DNA of 64,000 nt from Steroidobacteraceae bacterium (lineage in GTDB: Bacteria; Pseudomonadota; Gammaproteobacteria; Steroidobacterales; Steroidobacteraceae), in assembly GCA_035482695.1 (NCBI GenBank), contig DATHQM010000054.1, forward strand, positions 460 to 64,459, given 5' to 3'. Both the position numbers and the translations under genes were made by a program. Positions 61,682 through 64,000 of this stretch are shown here, in pieces. Position 1 is the stretch's first letter. Each line of letters opens with the position of its first letter. The notes below the pieces were generated by a model. The model was not told the DNA's origin. It ran no database searches and was given only the letters and a program-made list of their open reading frames with translations.

Positions 61682-64000
61682 TCACTCCAATCGCTCGTAG
61701 ACCGCGCGCGCATCCTTGAGCTGCTGCAGCACTGCGCCCTTCTCCGCCGCCGAGTTCCACTCCGGCCAGGCATCGGTGGTCGACAGCAGCCGGTCGATCC
61801 ACGCCACGAAATACCGCGCGTCCTCGGGTGAGCGCGGCGCCGCGCCGCGCAGCGACACGTAGATCGGGCTGGTCGTCGCGTAGATGAAGTTATCCAGAAT
61901 CGGGTACTCGGCGTGCGCCGTGAAGGCCCGCAGCACACACCAGCCGCTGTGATCGAGCGGCACGCTGCCGCTCGCGGTGAGCGCGGTGCGCCCGCCACGC
62001 AGGGGAAGCTCCGCGGCGATGTGCCCGTCGCACACCACCTGCGCGTGATCGAGCGGCACGATGGAGCGCAGCTGCGCGCTGAAGGCGACCTTGCGCGCCT
62101 GCTCGAGCTGCACGGTGGCCCCGATCCTCTGCCCGCCGAGCGAGAAATTCAGCAGCGGTCCGTTGGTGGCGAAGGTGCGCCCGGCGCGCAGTGCCTTCAG
62201 CCATTCGTCGTGATCGATCGGGCCATCGCTCACGGCCGCATACACGCGGTTGAGACCCACCGGCCCGCGCAGGATCGCATAGTTGGCCATGGCGTCGGTG
62301 CCTGCGGCCGCCGGGATCCTGAACCCGAGGTTGAGGAGCCGATACCACACCCCGGCCGTCGCCTGGTGATCGGCGAACGAGACGATCTCCATGTAGTCGA
62401 CCTTCCCCAGCGCGACATCCACCGGCAGCTCGTCCGCGTCGGTGTGGGCGGGGTGGGTGAAGGGCTGCGGCTCCTCCTCGAACGGATGCACGTAGCCGAC
62501 CACCGCTCCCTGCGCGTGTCCCAGGTCGGCGACGTCGGCGTTGGTAGGAAACAGGCTGGCCGCCGCAGTGTTGAGGTAGCCGGCGTAGCCGGGCAGCAGC
62601 ACGCCGCCGCGGATCGCGAGCACGCCGAGGTGACCCCAGTAGCTGGTGTGGAATTCCTGGCCGTGCACTACCAGCGTATCCGGCAGCGAGGCGGGGTCGA
62701 CGCCGCGGCCGCTGTAGACGATGTCCGGGAAGCGCTGATCCTTGTTGACGATCAGGCTCTCGATGATGTTGACGTCCTCCGCCTGCGCCTGGAACACGAG
62801 GTGCGCGGGCGTGTTGCGGTAGTGGCCGCCGTAATTCATGTGCACGTGCACGTCGGCGCTCACCCAGCGCTCGCCCGGGGTCGTGAGCCAGGGATTGGCG
62901 GGGACGCCGAACGCCACCTCGGTCGTCGCCCCGGCGGCGACCTCGATGCTGCGCCGCTGCGGTGTGCGCTCGGGTCCCTTCATCACCTCGACGCTCACCC
63001 TGCCGGCCGGTACCTCGATCGTCTCATCGCCGCTGGTGTGGAAGTAGCGTGCGTCGAACGGATGCTCGTCGCGATCGAACAGCGCGTAGTGCAGCCACGC
63101 GCCCGGGGGCGCCTGGGCGCGGCCGGCGGCGTCCGTCACCACCGCGCGCGCCGGCGTCGGCAGGCCGCGCTCATCGCGCACCACCAGGTGCAGCTTGCCG
63201 GCAGGACGCAGCCGCTGGCGCTGCCCGAGCTCGAGCGCGCGCGCCGGCCCGCCCGGCACGGACAGCAGCTCGATGCCGGTGCCGCCGCCGCGATTGGAGA
63301 TGAAGGCCAGCTGCCGTCCATCCGGCGACCAGCGCGGGCCGGTGTCGTCCCAGTCGCCGAAACTGAGCTGGAACGGGTCGCCGCCTTCGGCCGGCAGCAG
63401 CCACAGTTGCAGCCATTGACGCCCGAGATAGGAGCTGTAAACCATGCGCCGCCCGTCGGGTGAAATTTCCGGGCGCGCTTGCCAGTTGGTCTCCTCATAG
63501 TGCAGCTCCACCGCCGGAGCGTTAGGCTCGAGCGGCAGGCGCCAGAAGCCGCCGGTACCGTGCAGGTGACCATGGTTCGACACGTAGAGCACCGCGCGCC
63601 CGTCGCGTGTCCAGCTCGGATTGATCTCCACGTCCGTAGGGCCGTAGTAGTAGCGCGGCACGGCACTGGTGGTCTCGCCGGTGAGCCGCCGCGCCCCGCT
63701 CAGGCGCCCGTCGCGGAAATCCGCGACGAACACGTGGAAATGGCGGTGATAGACGGTCGAGACGTACACCAGCTGCTGACCATCGGGCGACCAGCGCGGC
63801 TCCAGATCGACCGCGCCGTCGTGGGTGAGCTGCGAGGTGCGCCCGCTTGGCACATCGAGCAACCACAGCTCGCTCGAGCCGCCGGCCGCCGCGGACGTGT
63901 AGACGATGAAGCGCCCGTCCGGCGACCAGTCCGGCTGGTAGTCGTAGCCCGGGCCATCGGTGAGCTGCACGGCGAGCGTCGCGTCGATCCTCTGACGCCA
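61682..64000 (-). CDS. TolB-like beta-propeller fused to PHP/CehA-type metallohydrolase domain, 5' end beyond window
   Basis: The frame stays open to the window edge (...WRQRIDATLAVQLTDG...). Repeated WSPDG propeller motifs, then VSADVHVHMNYGGHY and HPFEE...H.DADE, typical of PHP-like metal sites. Confidence 0.8.
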   Translation of the reverse strand, partial: WRQRIDATLAVQLTDGPGYDYQPDWSPDGRFIVYTSAAAGGSSELWLLDVPSGRTSQLTHDGAVDLEPRWSPDGQQLVYVSTVYHRHFHVFVADFRDGRLSGARRLTGETTSAVPRYYYGPTDVEINPSWTRDGRAVLYVSNHGHLHGTGGFWRLPLEPNAPAVELHYEETNWQARPEISPDGRRMVYSSYLGRQWLQLWLLPAEGGDPFQLSFGDWDDTGPRWSPDGRQLAFISNRGGGTGIELLSVPGGPARALELGQRQRLRPAGKLHLVVRDERGLPTPARAVVTDAAGRAQAPPGAWLHYALFDRDEHPFDARYFHTSGDETIEVPAGRVSVEVMKGPERTPQRRSIEVAAGATTEVAFGVPANPWLTTPGERWVSADVHVHMNYGGHYRNTPAHLVFQAQAEDVNIIESLIVNKDQRFPDIVYSGRGVDPASLPDTLVVHGQEFHTSYWGHLGVLAIRGGVLLPGYAGYLNTAAASLFPTNADVADLGHAQGAVVGYVHPFEEEPQPFTHPAHTDADELPVDVALGKVDYMEIVSFADHQATAGVWYRLLNLGFRIPAAAGTDAMANYAILRGPVGLNRVYAAVSDGPIDHDEWLKALRAGRTFATNGPLLNFSLGGQRIGATVQLEQARKVAFSAQLRSIVPLDHAQVVCDGHIAAELPLRGGRTALTASGSVPLDHSGWCVLRAFTAHAEYPILDNFIYATTSPIYVSLRGAAPRSPEDARYFVAWIDRLLSTTDAWPEWNSAAEKGAVLQQLKDARAVYERLE

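Noticed and set aside
1-64000. mobile elements, CRISPR arrays, tRNA/rRNA genes, prophage or defence-island signatures
   Set aside because: I saw no transposase, integrase or recombinase-like translations, no spaced direct-repeat arrays, no cloverleaf-like or rRNA-like segments, and no obvious compositional island. The only AT-richer patches are short promoter regions (e.g. 46450-46480, 48050-48130).

Overview
GC-rich bacterial chromosomal segment with strong GC3 codon bias and a proteobacterial gene repertoire. I support about 52 protein-coding genes by reading the translations. I saw no rRNA, tRNA, CRISPR array, transposase or integrase. Many long ORFs in the track are Arg/Ala/Gly/Pro-rich antisense shadows and are rejected.

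Blocks:
- (1) 0-9 kb: Zn-ADH fragment, SAM methyltransferase, Dps, a secreted caspase-like/FGE-domain fusion protein, GNAT, ClC channel with CBS pair.
- (2) 9.0-10.3 kb: a near-textbook c-di-GMP-I (GEMM-I) riboswitch in front of a two-gene operon (FN3 lipoprotein plus an unknown protein).
- (3) 10.3-17.1 kb: ferritin-like/VIT1 fusion (MbfA-like), a sensor-less histidine kinase, a PAS hybrid kinase, and a HAMP-PAS-GGDEF-EAL protein.
- (4) 17.1-19.7 kb: copB-copA.
- (5) 19.8-30.1 kb: assorted catabolic and transport genes. These include a second MbfA-like paralog and an ornithine-cyclodeaminase-family gene that is frameshifted in this sequence.
- (6) 30.2-35.1 kb: HiPIP, a second sensor-less kinase with a FixJ-type regulator, a BON protein, a fused monohaem cytochrome/beta-barrel outer-membrane protein (Cyc2-like) and a dihaem c4 cytochrome. 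I consider this candidate outer-membrane electron-transfer (Fe(II)-oxidation-type) module the most interesting system here.
- (7) 36-48 kb, minus strand: a lanthanide-type XoxF methanol dehydrogenase island. Order is porin, xoxF, a XoxJ-like binding protein fused to ankyrin repeats, a c-type cytochrome, a sigma54 activator, gfa, flhA and a YVTN beta-propeller. A near-consensus sigma54 promoter sits upstream of the porin.
- (8) 48-57 kb: czcCBA-like RND efflux system, fghA, TonB-dependent receptor.
- (9) 57-64 kb: TPR-sulfotransferase and two TolB-propeller hydrolases.

All functional calls come from motif recognition by eye. No database search was run, and start codons are best guesses.
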